A stretch of DNA of 64,000 bases from the human T2T-CHM13v2.0 reference genome, Homo sapiens, in the NCBI RefSeq assembly GCF_009914755.1, contig NC_060945.1; one strand, 5' to 3'. Shown here piece after piece: positions 1 through 14,910 of this stretch. The notes beneath the pieces are model-generated. The model did not search any database, was not told the DNA's origin, and saw only the letters and a program-made list of their open reading frames with translations. The position numbers and the translations under genes are program-made. Within the stretch, counting starts at the first letter, position 1, and the number at the start of each line of letters is the position of its first letter.

Positions 1-774
1 ATTTGGCCAGAAGCTGGTGTTTGCCAAATGAAAACTACAATGGTAAAAATAAATAAATAAATAAAAATAAAAACTTCCTATCTTCCAACATTGGAACGAT
101 GGGAAGATGGGGAAAAAAGGGAAGTGGAAACTAAAACAAAGACAATATTTCCACCCTCCTCTGCCTTAAGTTATTAAGCCAAGGTCTGTGCCTGAGTTGA
201 GGGATAAAAGAAGCTTTGAATTAGATGATATAAAAGTGTTGATATTATACTTGACTGTTCATTTTAACACTTACAAGTGAGTGTAAGTTACTCAGATAAA
301 ATGATTTAACACCGGAAGTAACTGAAAAAGTGTAGAGATCTGCCTGAAATATTCAGAGCCGAAAAAGGAGATTTGAATTAAAATAGAGACAAATGAACCT
401 TTTGTTTTGCTTATATGGTCATTGAGGTCAGTCATTCTGTAAACTGAATATACAATATGCCAGCTGTAATACCCATAAAGCCATGTTTTCTCATCTTTGT
501 ATGTCCAGGTCTTGGTGAAATGTCTTTCACAAAGCAGGGAATAAGTAGATATTTTTAAAACATAAAGTAAATTAATGTATGTTAAAAGATTGATATGCCT
601 CAAAATAAGTATGAAGCTTAGTAATAGAGTCAACGTAATATAAAGCAATTTTTAAAACTATGATTTCAAATAAAGTTTAAAATTTAAGATAATTGGCTGA
701 CGGTAATTCTAGTGATTTGAAAAAAAGAAACAATTTTATGAATTATGAAGATATAATTTACTTAGTTAAATTTC

Positions 775-1366
<592 letters not shown>

Positions 1367-2947
1367 TTTCACTATTTTTCAAGTTAACATTTTTACTCCA
1401 TGTGCTAGTTGTGCTGTTTCTCCCTACGAATAACAAAATAAATAAGAAAACATACCTAATCCTTTCCTCTCAGTATCTTACAACAATAATTGGAGCTATT
1501 TGTATACTCTACTTTAAGCTTTGAAGAAATCTGTATTTTTTCATCTGAAATCTAAGTTACCTTAACAAGAAAATATTTTTAGAAAGCCATGGCTGGTTGT
1601 TTCTACAAACCTTTATACCATGAGAAAATCTGGTTACATATCTCAAAATATAATGCTATTACGGAGGTTCTTGAAAATGTAATTATCAATTTGTTTCACA
1701 AACATATTTTTAAACCAGATTAGTGAGATGACAAATGGGCAGAGATAATTACAGATTCTAAAGACAGCATTAATACTTTGACTATATATTTTATCTTTCT
1801 GGTATTAATTTTCCTTTAGAAAATTGGAAGTCTTAAATGTAGGTAGAAGTGTTTGTATTCATATATTCTGTCTTAAATATATATTTTAATATACTTTATT
1901 TAAAAAGTTGACAGCATGAATTACATGTCCATGATCAATTATATTGATATACTTACAGAATGTTAGTCACCACCCTTTATTTTTAAATTATCTTATTACT
2001 TTTTTCATAGCTTACTGAAATCACTATGTAAAAAATGAATTCTCAATGACAATAATTTAATCTTATATACATTTACTGATAATTTTACCCTTTTACTAAT
2101 GTAGATAGGCAACATTTAATTTGAAAATCACATACGAGTTGAATGGAAACAGACAAATATCTGAATTAAAATTTAAATGATAACATAAAAATGTTTTAAA
2201 AATGTAATTCATTTTTGTGCTCTAGCTGAAGCTGTTAGGGTTATATTCTATGAATCCAGAAAAATAATAACTTGTTTCTATAAGCTGAATGAACTGGATG
2301 AAAAAATGCTGAATGGGGAAAACTGATCTATTGTTACTGAACTGAACAGAAATTTTAAAATCTGAGAAGTATAAATAAGCTCTTTCAAAATTTTCCTTAC
2401 ACGCATAAACTGGATTCTGATTTTTTGCAACATACAATAGTTCAGCTTCATTAAGCAGTCTTTAATCCAACAGTTTAACTCTCTCTGGACTCTTGAAATC
2501 TTATTTCTGATAGTTTTATGCCCATGGTGAGAGAAAGAAAAAGAAATATTGCTAAGAATTGAATTTCCCCATCTCCTTTTTATGAAGTCTCCAGTAGCGT
2601 TGCCTCATTTAGTAACATACGCTTGGTTTAAAATGGAACGAAATTGATCTCTAAGCACATGCCACACAATCTGGGGAGGGCTCAAACCCCCTAAATGTAA
2701 TCAGCTGCTACTTCCACAGTTGCCTGATAAACACTGTTGAATTCCATCGTTAAGACTCTGAGTATCAGAAAAGAGGAATAAGGGGACATTTATAGGAGAC
2801 AGATCTTAATAAATCTATATTACATATACTTTATTACAGTAGAAATGGAAATGTTAGGAACATAGTACAAAGAAAATAAGATACAAAAATACACTATACA
2901 ATTGTGTTAAATTTCAACTGGATGCTTGGAAGGTGGCCCTAAAATAG

Positions 2948-3288
<341 letters not shown>

Positions 3289-3839
3289 GCAAAAACGATT
3301 TTTGTTGCCCATTTATAATTTTTTCTAAAAGAACCACCAAAGTAAAGTGCCAGGATGTGTGTCCAATCTCGCTTTCCCTTACCAGCTTAATTAGCCTCCA
3401 CAGCCAAGTCCCTGTTTCTGTAATTGCTTTTCAGTCTTTGGGTATAAAAAATCTCGACGGAAGCAGACGGTGCTGATGAAAACTCAATCATTCCATTACT
3501 CACTTCCCAGCAGCATCTGTCCTATGTCTAGGAGGAATGTGAAACCACACTCCCCATGTATTTATCATGCAGTGATGGGCATTGAAGACTCCATTCTAGC
3601 TTCAATCAGGGGGATTTTCCCTTAAAAATAACTTCATACATTACATACTAATTTAACAGTATAAATGAAATCTAGCTATAGGCAAAAGAAATCTAAAGAA
3701 TCTATACACCATAAAATTGGTGTCTTTTGCGTTGAGAGAAATACATTGTACTCTGTTTTTGAGTTTGATCTTGAATCAAAGTTGCTGATATTGTTTTTCA
3801 AAATCTTTGACATTGTGTTAGTTTCATTATAAGAATCTG

Positions 3840-4670
3840 AGACAGGAAATAAATGCTGATGAGGATGCAGAGAAAGGGGAACATTTATACACCTTTGGTA
3901 GAAATGTAAAATAGTACAGCCATTATGAAAACCAATATGAGGCTCCTCAAAGAACTAAGAAATATAAAAACTAAAAATATAACTACCATATAATTCAGGA
4001 GCCCCTCTGCTGGATATTTATCCAAAAGAAAGAAAAGCAGTATATCAAAGAGATATCTGCTCATCTATGTTTACTGCAGCACTATTCTTAATAGCCAAGT
4101 TATGCAGTCAACGTAAGAGTCCATCAACAGATGAAAAGAGAGAGAGAAAATGGTATCTTTGCATAATGGAATATTATGCAGTCATAATAAATAATGAAAT
4201 CCTGTCATTTGCAACAACATGGAGGAAACTGGAGGACATTATGTTAAGTGAAATTGCCAGGCACAGAAGGACAAATGTTGCATGTTCTCATTCATATGTG
4301 GGAGCTAAATTAATTGATTTCATGAAGATAGTAAATAGAATGGTGGTCACCAGAGGCTGAGAAGGGTAGTGGGGAGGGAGGATAAAGAAGGGTTTCAATG
4401 GGTACCAAAATAGAGTTACATAGAAGGAATAAGATCTAGTGTTTGGTAACACAATAAAATGACTATAGTTAACAATAATTTATGGTACATTTCAAAATAA
4501 CTAGAGAAGACAATTTGGAATATTCCTAACACTTAGAAATAATAAATGTTTGAAGTGAAGAATATTTCGGTTTCCCAGATTCGATGATTATAAATTGTAT
4601 GCTTGTATTAAAATATTACATATACTCCATAAACATGTGTAATTATTATGAGTCCATAAAACACAATTTA
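3840..4670 (+). mobile_element. L1MA-type LINE-1 3' fragment (ORF2 end plus 3'UTR)
   Basis: gaggatgcagagaaaggggaac...atgtttactgcagcactatt...gaaatcctgtcatttgcaacaacatgg...; ORF 4067..4360 resembles the degenerate L1 ORF2 C-terminus. Confidence 0.88.
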
Positions 4671-4859
4671 AACAAACTGTAACTGTAACTTTTGATGGAA
4701 GAGATTTGTCTCTGTCTTCCTTTTGACAATCCATTTTCCTCTTTTCAAGTCTTTTCTCCTTTCTCATTTTCAACTTAAAATAGGGGTTTAAAGACCTACT
4801 TTTTCTTAAAAATTTTGTTTCAAGATGCTTTAACTTTTGCAGATGGTGGAATGCCATGT

Positions 4860-5217
4860 GCTGTTAGTTTGTTCTCATGCTGCTAATAAAGACATACCTG
4901 AGACTAGGTAATTTATATGAAAAAGGAGAATTAATGGACTTGCTGTTCCACAGGGCTGGGAGAGCTTCATAATCATGGCAGGCAAAAGAGGAGAAAGGCA
5001 CATCTTACATGGCAGCAGGCAAGAGAGAGCATGTGCAGGGAAACTCCTTTTTATAAAACCATCAGATCTCATGAGACTTACTCATTATCATGAGAACAGC
5101 ACAGGAAAAACCCACCCCCATGACTCAATTACCTCCCACCAGGTCCCTCCCACAACACATGGGGATCATTACAATTCAAGGTGAGATCTGGGTGGGGACA
5201 CAGCTAAACCAAATCAC
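4860..5217 (-). mobile_element. MaLR solo LTR (THE1/MST family)
   Basis: ttctcatgctgctaataaagacatacctgagact...ccatcagatctcatgagact...gagatctgggtggggacacagc. Confidence 0.9.
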
Positions 5218-6711
5218 CTATAATTATTTCAATTGTTTGGATACCTCAATAAATCTAATCCCTTATCTGTTAGAGCACAGTATTTTTTTAAAAAATCTCA
5301 ATTACTTCAGGTTTTACTATTTATCTCAGTTTCTTTAAAAGTATAATACTTCTTTCAAAAATCCTTTCCTTGACAGAATTCTTGAAAAAAATTTAGGATG
5401 GCCTCCAGTAGAATAGTATTAGGCATTAGGTATTTACTTGCTCTATTTTATGATATTTTGCAGAAGAGAGTACATAATTTTACTGCATTTAAACAAGCAG
5501 TTATTGAACCTTGTATATTTTTTAGTTGTGGGATTTTCTCCTTAAAACATGAGAAATATTACTTCATTGTTTTAATGTTCATAATTGAGAGAAATATAAA
5601 GCTGATCTTATTTTCAATACTTACAAAAATAATTTTACTTTTTCTGCTAAGAATTTTCAGAAAAATTTCCCTCTTGAAATTTAAAACTTCACACAGAAAA
5701 TGTTATAACACTGATTCTTGCTCATTAATTTTTTTTTTATTGAACACACTAAGACTTCACGATTTTTCAGGTAATTTTATTCAGATCCAGAAAGCGTATA
5801 ATTTTTCTTTCATTGTATCTTTCACTATTAGTTTTGATCTGCTTTTATGTTTTCAATTTCAGGAATGTTTATTGTTTTCAAATTTGGTTTGGTGTTTTTT
5901 CCTGCATGCCCATTACAGACTCTCATATGTTTCTGTCTCTCTTTACTTATCATTTTTTCATTCTTCATCATGCTTTCCTGCAGCAATTTTTGTGGAAATG
6001 TGTGTGTTCTGCACAAGAGGTTTTGAATTGTTGTGCATTAGACCAGAAAACTAGGTGGTTCACACTGCTAACAAAGGCCTCTAGTCAAATCAGAAAGATT
6101 TTATTATGGCAGAGTTTCACAGAAAATTGCTATGGCCAAAGACGGCCATCTTCTTCCAAATTTCTTGAAAGGAGACTTTATTGTAACGTCACTTGTGGGA
6201 GCTGGTACTGTGCAAAGACTATTCTATCAGGAGCCAAATATTATATAATAATTTAAAAAATTAGGGTCATAATTTTACATATAAAAGTATTGGTGGTAAC
6301 ATTTTGTGTTTTTCTGTCAACTAAAGTTTGCTATTAACTAATTTACTTTCTATATAACAGTAAGAAAGATTTAGCTTTTCTCCAACATTACATAACCAAA
6401 GTCTGCTGTATCTTAAATGTGCTCAGTATTAACTACCAAAATGTCCTCAGCTATGTCCATCACCCTTCTATACTTTAAAAGTGTAACTCAAATGTTGAAT
6501 TAAATTAAAATAATAGGTACACCACAAACAGAAGGAAACTGAAATAGCAGATAAAATAATTGGCAAACAAACATGGTTATAGTATAATCATCAGCAACAA
6601 AATAATCAAGAAACAAAATCAGTGATTCAATTCAAGATGACATTTTCAAAATTATCTTGATTAACATTTTCCAAAGCAATGATCAAATTTTCTTCTAAGT
6701 TAAATTCTCGC

Positions 6712-6731
6712 CACACACACACACACACACG
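6712..6731. repeat. short (CA)n microsatellite
   Basis: cacacacacacacacacac. Confidence 0.8.
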
Positions 6732-7414
6732 CTTATGTAAATACATATCTATTGATATTTGCATCTCAATGTATTTTGTTCTTTACCTAACAAAATCATG
6801 TCATTTTCTGTATTTCTTCTTTTTAGTGTACTCTAAGATAAATTATAATTTTGTGTAGATCTCAAAGTATTTACTCATTGTTTTTTATTGATCCATGTCA
6901 CTGTTGCTTGTAAGTAAACAGATTGGCTTCTAAAATCAGTCACAAAATCCAGATTAATCGATTGAGCTACCACTTACTTCTACCTAAGTAGCATGCATAA
7001 TATCAGTTGTGCTTCATTTTCAGGGCCAGATGGTAGACCTCTTTATCTGCCATAAAGATTAAGGCAGGCAGCTTTCTGGGATGGTGTCAAAAGCCCTGGT
7101 CAGTTGTGAGTGGAGGAACAAAGATAAACATAACCTAATAGTAACTGGATTTTGTATTAGATAATAGGCCAGATGAAGATGAACTATCCAACCCTACCTC
7201 TTTTCTAGATATTCAAGTGAAATACATCAATTCCATAAATATTTCTCTTCCTATGGAAGAGAAAGAGAGATGTAGGAAGTAGCATATATTCTGTTTTTCT
7301 GACATATTTGCACCTGGAAAGAACCACTGAGTTGCCGGGCAGTTCTATGAGACAATTCATAGTCCAAGTGAAGTATCAAGTTACAAAAAAATTCTCTGCA
7401 GATTGTTGAATGCA

Positions 7415-7500
7415 AATATATGCAAATACTAGATATATGAATATATATATCCATATTCACATATATCCATATATATACACACACATATATACATATATCC
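7415..7500. repeat. degenerate (TA)/(TATACA) low-complexity tract
   Basis: atatatatatccatattcacatatatccatatatatacacacacatatatacatatat. Confidence 0.7.
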
Positions 7501-8070
7501 ATGATGAACATGCCGCTATTTTGTTTGCTCCTGTTGATTATTTTATGGATATACTAAAACACCTAGTGTCGGAGGGTTGGGCACGCCAGCAAATAGCATT
7601 AAATTCCTACACTGTGGTGCTTTACTCTGGTTGTCTCCAATAAGTTAATGATGTTAATTATTTAATTGAATGTTGTTGGCATGCCAACAGCTCTCTTGCC
7701 TGTTTCCTTCTTTGCTCTCTGAAAATGTTCTTGATATGGGAAACATGACAGTCTTCTTTCCTTAGAGGGTCAAGTATCCTACTTTTAACATTTAACATGG
7801 CCCTCTTCAATGAACAAAATTCAACACTCCTTACACATCAGAGAAATCCAAGTAGGTCTGCTTAAAAACTTTTGTGGCTGCCTACTTTGAACGAACTCAG
7901 GTAACGGTACTACAGATGTAAAGGAGGAAAAATCATCTTCATTAAGATGAGGAAGAATAAGTGTCACAGAAGGAAAGCATTAAAATCATGATTTTGGCCT
8001 TGAAATTCTGTACACCTTTGCTGTTTTGCTCCAAAAGTTATGATGCAATGTGTGATTTATGGGCTCCTAC

Positions 8071-8211
8071 CTGGAATCCCCAAGTGATAGCCAGTAGTAA
8101 AGTTTGCTTTAAACCCTCCTCTTGCCAACACATCGTTAGTGATGAGAAGCACAGTCATTCTGTTGGTGGTAGAGAACACATCCTTTACTGGGCCAGGCCC
8201 TGTGTACACAG
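8071..8211 (-). CDS. TMPRSS15: TMPRSS15 exon ~16 (141 nt, phase 1-1), C-terminal part of CUB2
   Basis: ttggaacag|CTGTGTAC...ATTCCAG|gtagga; (A)VYTGPGPVKDVFSTTNRMTVLLITNDVLARGGFKANFTTGYHLGIP. Confidence 0.97.
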
Positions 8212-9489
8212 CTGTTCCAAAGGAAAACGAGATAATCAGTGAGATGATCCTTTGGATCTAGAAGGAAATGTACCCCACATCTCAGTTCCCTCTGCCAGAC
8301 GTAGGGCTACATGTTACATGGCTCGCTCATAGAGCAGCCACAAGTAAATGAACACACACATTCTCTTACATTTTGAACACTTCTCAACAAAGCAAACTTC
8401 TCTTTAAATTTTGATATTTCTTGAGGTTTGTGCAACTCTATAATGTAATGATGAATTACTTATAATATATCTGACTTAGTACCACTGCTATTCAAAGCTC
8501 ATGTTATCCCAGACAAATGACTGACTACTTATAAAGACCTTTATAAAACAATGGAGTTTATAGTCACCTTTACTAAATTTTTGACCAAACATATTCAGTA
8601 TTTTTTTGTATGTGGAATCATAAACCTAATCTGAAGGATGGATTATTTGGAGATTGGGAATATTAACTACATGGTGGCTTTTAAACCTTTTGCCCTTAAT
8701 CCCTCAGCTTTGGGGATTTCATAAACAATAAAACATTCTTTACTATATTTCAGCTAATTAAAAAATACATTTATTAAGAAAGTTTTATATGTTGGAAGCC
8801 CTGAAAGTGATTCAGTTTCAAAAGACCTTCCTGCCTACAAATTTTAAAACAATAAATCAGAGATCTTTCTGGAATTCTTATTTACTTTTCAATGATTTGT
8901 TTAACTATTAACAGATGAAATGATACGTTTTAATTTTTTAGATGATGAGAACTCTGAAGTTTTTATTTGAAGAATAATTTGATCTAAAATAGAAAAACTA
9001 TTTAAAATTTTTTATAGGTGTATAAAAGAACCAAATTTCAGATTCCTCAGTTCTTGCCACTCTTCTAGTCCCAACAAAATTTTCTTTATTTGTTCTATGT
9101 GTGGCTCCCAAAATCCTCTCCCAGGAAGCTCACACTCTAGAACTTTGTGAGATTTTGCTGTAGAATTCTACATAAGGGTTGACTGATGAAAAGGTTGGGG
9201 AACCCTCCCCACCACACTGTCCCTTGATGTGCTCTAGAAAATTTTCTCTGGAGTATTCATTGATTAGTTGCAGCATTCATGTGATTGTATCCTGACTGCA
9301 TATCTATTAGATCAGATTTTACAATACATGATGAATACAAGTCCAAAGCACAGTTAGATAAAACACTTTTTTTGTGTGTGGGAGGGCGATAAAACACTTT
9401 TTAGTTGTGCCATGTCATTCATCAAAATTGATCATTTGAGCATCTTTATTTAATGTGTGACTTATCAAGAGACACCTTTTTCTTAAAAA

Positions 9490-9714
9490 TGACCAGTGTG
9501 GCCAACATGGTGAAACCCCGTCTCTACTAAAAATACAAAAAATTAGCCGGGCGAGGTGGTGGGCGCCTGTAATCCAATCTACTCTGGAGGCTGAGGCAGG
9601 AGGATCGCTTAAACCAAGGAGATAGAGGTTTCAGTGAGCTGAGATCGCACCACTGCACTCCAGCCTGGGTGACAGAGCGAGGCTCCATCTCAACAACAAC
9701 AGCAACAGCAAAAA
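9490..9714 (+). mobile_element. 5'-truncated AluS with (CAA)/(CAG) tail
   Basis: starts at gaccag...ggccaacatggtgaaacccc; tail caacaacaacagcaacagcaaaaaa. Confidence 0.9.
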
Positions 9715-10214
9715 ATAGTGGTAGTTAGATAACATATTAGCTATTATGTTTGACTGATAGCTTTTTAGTGTGTCAGCATGTATTCTATTATCTATAGAAT
9801 ACACAAAATTTCCTCTATAATAGTACACTCTGTAATAGCACAAAAATTTCCTCTACAAGAGTACACTCTCCCTAGCCTTATTTTAAAATAATCAATAAAT
9901 AAAAAAGAAAAATAAACTGGTCAATTTTTTGAAGCATTCTCAGGTACCTACACAGAAGCAGCTAGTACTAGAGACACAGCCAAAGTAATAATAAAATGTA
10001 AAGTAAAACTCATTAAAAATTTCGTATAACACAATTTGAATAGTTTGAAGTAAAATAAAAACTGATTTAAGAGCTATCTTTGGACATCCGATGTACACAT
10101 AAAGAGAACTACATAATGGGTGTCCTTAGCTTCTAGTCTCCAATGGGTAGTGCTTGTGGTAGTCAATTAATACCAGCTGGTAGGAACTGATGACTCAAAA
10201 ATATTGTCCAAAAT

Positions 10215-10580
10215 AGTTAAACTCATGGAGATAGAGAGTAGAATGATGGTTACAAGTGGCTGGAAAGGCTACTGGGAGGGGTGGTGGAGTGAGGATGATC
10301 AATGGATACAAAAATATAGTTAGAATGAATAAGATCTAGTATTTGATAGCACAATAGGGTGACCACAACCAATAATAAGTTACTGCATATTTAAAAATAA
10401 CTAAAAGAATATAATTGGGTTGTAACACAAAGACAGGAAAAATGCTTGAGGTGATGGATACAGTATTCACACTGATGTGATTATTATGCATTGTAGGCCT
10501 GTATCAAAATATCTCATGTATCCCATAAATACACACACCTACTATGTACCCATGAAAATTAAGAACAAATTTAAAAAGTA
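10215..10580 (+). mobile_element. L1MA-type 3'UTR fragment
   Basis: actcatggagatagagagtagaatgatggttac...aatgaataagatctagtatttgatagcacaatagggtgac...tatgtaccc. Confidence 0.85.
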
Positions 10581-10805
10581 AAAATAATTAGTCCTGCTTT
10601 GTGAAGAACGTTCAAGAAAAATATTACGTTGTCACTATTTTAAATATACCCTATATTGTAAGTTCCACATAAACTCATGTCACTTTACTATTGTATTTTC
10701 ATTTTGCAAGTTGTAAAAGAGTGATTACATTAATTAAGAAACGCTTTCCATCAGCACAACATCTTGAGCTTTACAACCTTTACAATATTCAGATTGCAGA
10801 CTTAC

Positions 10806-10931
10806 CTAAGAGCAAGGAATCAGCTTCTTCACCATCTCTTATTTCAACTACATCGTTAATATTTTCTAAGTCAAATTCTTGAAAATGAAGTTGTATATTC
10901 TTTCCTTTTTGTGCATTTAAAATCCAAACAC
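10806..10931 (-). CDS. TMPRSS15: TMPRSS15 exon ~15 (126 nt, phase 1-1), CUB2 middle
   Basis: tttttag|GTGTTTGG...CTCTTAG|gtaagt; (C)VWILNAQKGKNIQLHFQEFDLENINDVVEIRDGEEADSLLL. Confidence 0.97.
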
Positions 10932-11639
10932 CTAAAAAGTAAGAAGTAACATTTAATTTGGAACACACTTGGTGATTTCTCTTAAAAGCTTCACTCTCTT
11001 GAGAATTTCAAATAACTTAAAAAAAAATCAATTTTTTTTCCACTTCATGAAAATCAGTGTTTCAAGGTGTTTCTTTTTTCTTTTCATTATTTTTTTTTTG
11101 TAAGAAAATATATTGGTTTAGTCAATTATATTTATAGTAACATTTCAATTAAATTTGAAATTAGTATAATTGATATTTTTATGAAATGGAATACTTTAAT
11201 CAAAGTTTACAAATATTATTTTACCTCTACAATATAACATTTATGAATATCAAAGGATACTAAAATTATAGTTTCATTTATTTAATTTTCCATGATCAAA
11301 TTTAGAAGAAAATTAGGTAATTAAAATCCACTTTATAGGACAAGTAAGCTTTAATATTTATTTTAAAATTTTTGCATTTATTTACATTTAGTTCATTAAA
11401 AAAACAAAATAAAACAAGACTACCAGCATCAATAAACACTTCTTGTTTTTATTGATTTCGTAAATAATTCAACCTTCAGATTTTTTTCTAGGCTATTCTT
11501 CTCTCATTCTGTATTAGTTTTCTCATTCACTCTTAAGAAATATAATTATATTTATATAGTAAAATTTCTGTCTTTATTTTCTGCTCTTTTCTCAGATGCA
11601 GGCAAATTTATTGACTTATTTACTGTATATGGCTGTACA

Positions 11640-12320
11640 TATTTCAAATCCAACATGTTCTAAAGAAAAAGCAGAATTATCTCTTTTGCAAACTCATTTA
11701 TCTTATTCTTCCTATCTCAGTGGCACTACTAATCATCCACTCATAGTTCTCTATGCTTGAAACCTCAGCACCTTCCTTGACCTCCTTTCTCCTACCACAT
11801 CCGATCAATCACCTAAGCCTGTTATTACTACCTCCAACATCCTTTGAACCCCATTTACTTCTCAACGTCCCTTGCCACCACAACAGGAGTTCAAATCACT
11901 ATAGTTTCTCATCTCCTAATTGGCGATGCTGATGATTCTCATCCCTTACCATCGATCTCTGATCTAAAATGCAAGCTCGTTTTTATCGCCATTTTCCTGT
12001 AAACCATTCAAAGACTCCCCAGTGCTCTCAGAATAAATTCAAACTTCATAACATGGTGTAAAATTCTTTCACACTTCTAATTTTACCCATTACCATTATT
12101 TAATTTTTCTTGGAGATTCAAGAAACAGTTGTCTCCTACTTTGGTATGTCAAGGACTCTCCACAGAGTCCTGCCTTTACCCTTATTATAACAGTATTTTG
12201 GACATTTTGTGCCTGACAACATATCTGAGTCACCATCTATACTGTGCTACATTTGTGTCTTCTTTACTTACTTCAGATTAAGGAAATAAAGTATTGAATA
12301 CACATTCGTCAAATAAACAA
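11640..12320 (+). mobile_element. L2 relic
   Basis: caacatgttctaaa...aacctcagcaccttccttgacctcctttctcc...acatccgatcaatcacc, typical of the L2 3' region; ends approximate. Confidence 0.6.
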
Positions 12321-12426
12321 ACATTTTTAAATTTAATAAATTTCTCCAAATTGTTTAAATGTTCCACTTCTTGTTGGATTTTTCAGATTATCACTTTGTT
12401 CAAATGATGTTTAAAAGATGTCTTCA

Positions 12427-12785
<359 letters not shown>

Positions 12786-13379
12786 TTAGTTGCTGTTTAT
12801 TTTTTGGGGATGAGGTATTTGTCTACAATATTGGCCCTATATGCACCTATGAAAGTGATGCTCTCTTATCTCTTGATCATCTGAAGGAGCAAGGTTGGCT
12901 TTTTCTGAAGACACATTTTTCCCACCACTGAGGCATTTCTTTCATTGACAGAATTTTCCATTTAGCTTACTGGCCTTAACAAGGCACGACCATGGAAAGA
13001 TGTTTGTTACCCAGTCCAGACTCCTGAAGTGGAACCTTTGTAGGATGGGCTAGGGAATCTGCATCTCCAACACAATCTTTATGTATCTTTATATGAGTTT
13101 ATCTATTTAGGAACATTGATGTAGAGGTAGTCTTTATGCAGTTTTAGCAAACTATTTTCTCTAGACAAATTTTTTAGTGATCTTTCTTATAATTTTATTT
13201 TTTATACTGGAAATAATTACATTACTGTAGCTATCTGCTTTATTGGCTCTAGTGTATATTTGCAAAAAGTGTGAATGCTACAACTGGTTCTTTACTTTTT
13301 AATACTTTCCATTGTCTTTGTCCTATGAAATTGCAAACTTGTTAAACACACTATAGACATTATATGCACAAACAAGGAG

Positions 13380-13575
13380 AGTGATTTAGAAAGCGGTGTC
13401 TGGAGTAACACTGGTTCTCTCACTGTTGTTATTCAACTTCTAAATTTGGAATTATAATAATGACACCTGCTTCAAGAAGTTCTTGTGGGAAATGAATGAA
13501 ATAATGTATATTGGGCATTAACACAGTGCCTGGCATGAAACAAATGCTATATATATTTAGCAATTATTGTTATTT
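13380..13575 (+). mobile_element. MIR relic
   Basis: aatgaaataatgtat...aacacagtgcctggcat...aaatgct resembles the MIR 3' end. Confidence 0.55.
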
Positions 13576-13721
13576 TTGTTGTTATATTAAGCAATCTTAT
13601 AGGTAGACATGATAGGTGTACCCATGTTTGACAAATTTATAATCTACTTTGCTGCGTCAAGGGGAGATCTACATTTCATATGGACATTTGTTTCTGATGA
13701 CCTGGAAAAGAAATGACTCAC

Positions 13722-13811
13722 AGAAAGCCAGATTAGGGTAGCTGTTTGGAAAGTTCGTAGAACTGAATGTTGTATTTGGCTCCCACAGCTCAAAAGGTCC
13801 TCCACAGTCCG
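13722..13811 (-). CDS. TMPRSS15: TMPRSS15 exon ~14 (90 nt, phase 1-1), start of CUB2
   Basis: ccttttcag|CGGACTGT...GCTTTCT|gtgagt; (T)DCGGPFELWEPNTTFSSTNFPNSYPNLAF. Confidence 0.97.
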
Positions 13812-13998
13812 CTGAAAAGGAAAGCAATGGGAAATCATCAGTAATACAATGTTTATTTCAGAGAGATAATACCATATGCCAGCGAATTTTCAATTACATT
13901 TCTTAGAATACAAATTTTGGCAAGTAAATTTTAGAGTCATGTTAGGGTAAATGCTGCAGTTTAAGTAAAGGAAAAATACAGTTAAGTAGATAAGAGCT

Positions 13999-14910
13999 CT
14001 AATGATCAGTGATGTTGAGCTTTTTTTCATGTGATTGTTGGCCGCATGTATGTCACCTTTTGAAAAGTGTTCATGTCCTTTGCCCACTTTTTTGTGGGGT
14101 TGTTTATTCTTTTTCTTATAAATTTAAGTTCTTTATAGAAGCTGGATATTGGATCTTTGTCAGATGCATAATTTGCAAAAGGTACCATCTGACACCAGTC
14201 AGAATGGCTATTAGTAAAAAGTCAAAAAATAACAGATATTGGACAGTTTGTGGGAAAAAATGAACACTTATAGACTGTTGGTGGGAACGTAAATTAGTTA
14301 AACTATGTGGAAGACAGTGTGGTAATTTCTCAAAGACCTAAAGACAGAAATACAATTTGACCCAGCAATTCCGCTACTCGGTATATACCCAAAGGAATAT
14401 AAATCATTCTATTATAAAGACACATGCACACGTTTTTTCATTGCAGCGCTATTCAAAATAGGAAAGACATTGAATCAACCTAAATGTCCATCAATGATAG
14501 ACTGACTAAAGAAAAGGTGGTACATATATACCATAGAATACTATGCAGTAACAAAAAATAATAAGATCATGACATTTGCAGGGACATGGATGGAGCTGGA
14601 GACCATTAACCTTAGCAAACTAACACAAGAACAGAAAATCAAATTCTGTATGTTCTCACTTATAAGTGAAAGCTAAATGATGAGAGCACATGGACACACA
14701 GAGGGAAACAACACACACTGGGGCCTTTCGGAGGGTGGAGAGTGGTAGGAGGGAGGGGAATCAGGAAAAACCACTTGTGAGTACTAGGCTTAATAGCTGG
14801 GTGATAAAATAATCTGTACAACCAACCTCCATGACACGAGTTTACCTGTGTAACAAACCTGCACTTGTTCCCCTGAACGTAAAAGTAAAAAAGAAAATTG
14901 GAAAAAAAAA
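13999..14910 (+). mobile_element. 5'-truncated, 5'-inverted L1 (older L1PA/L1PB type)
   Basis: about 13999-14180 is antisense ORF2 sequence, about 14181-14910 is sense ORF2 end, 3'UTR and A-tail; TSD tagataagagct/tagataagaact. Confidence 0.9.

Noticed and set aside
292-648. 118-aa minus-strand ORF considered as a further TMPRSS15 exon
   Set aside because: No similarity to the expected next domain (LDLa2, EPCKADHFQC...); that exon must lie beyond the window start
4067-4360. 97-aa ORF resembling the L1 ORF2 C-terminus
   Set aside because: Part of a decayed, truncated L1MA fragment, not a gene
5398-6256. 218-aa and 147-aa + strand ORFs
   Set aside because: F/L/I/C-rich translations of T-rich intron, antisense to TMPRSS15, with no recognisable domain; most likely chance
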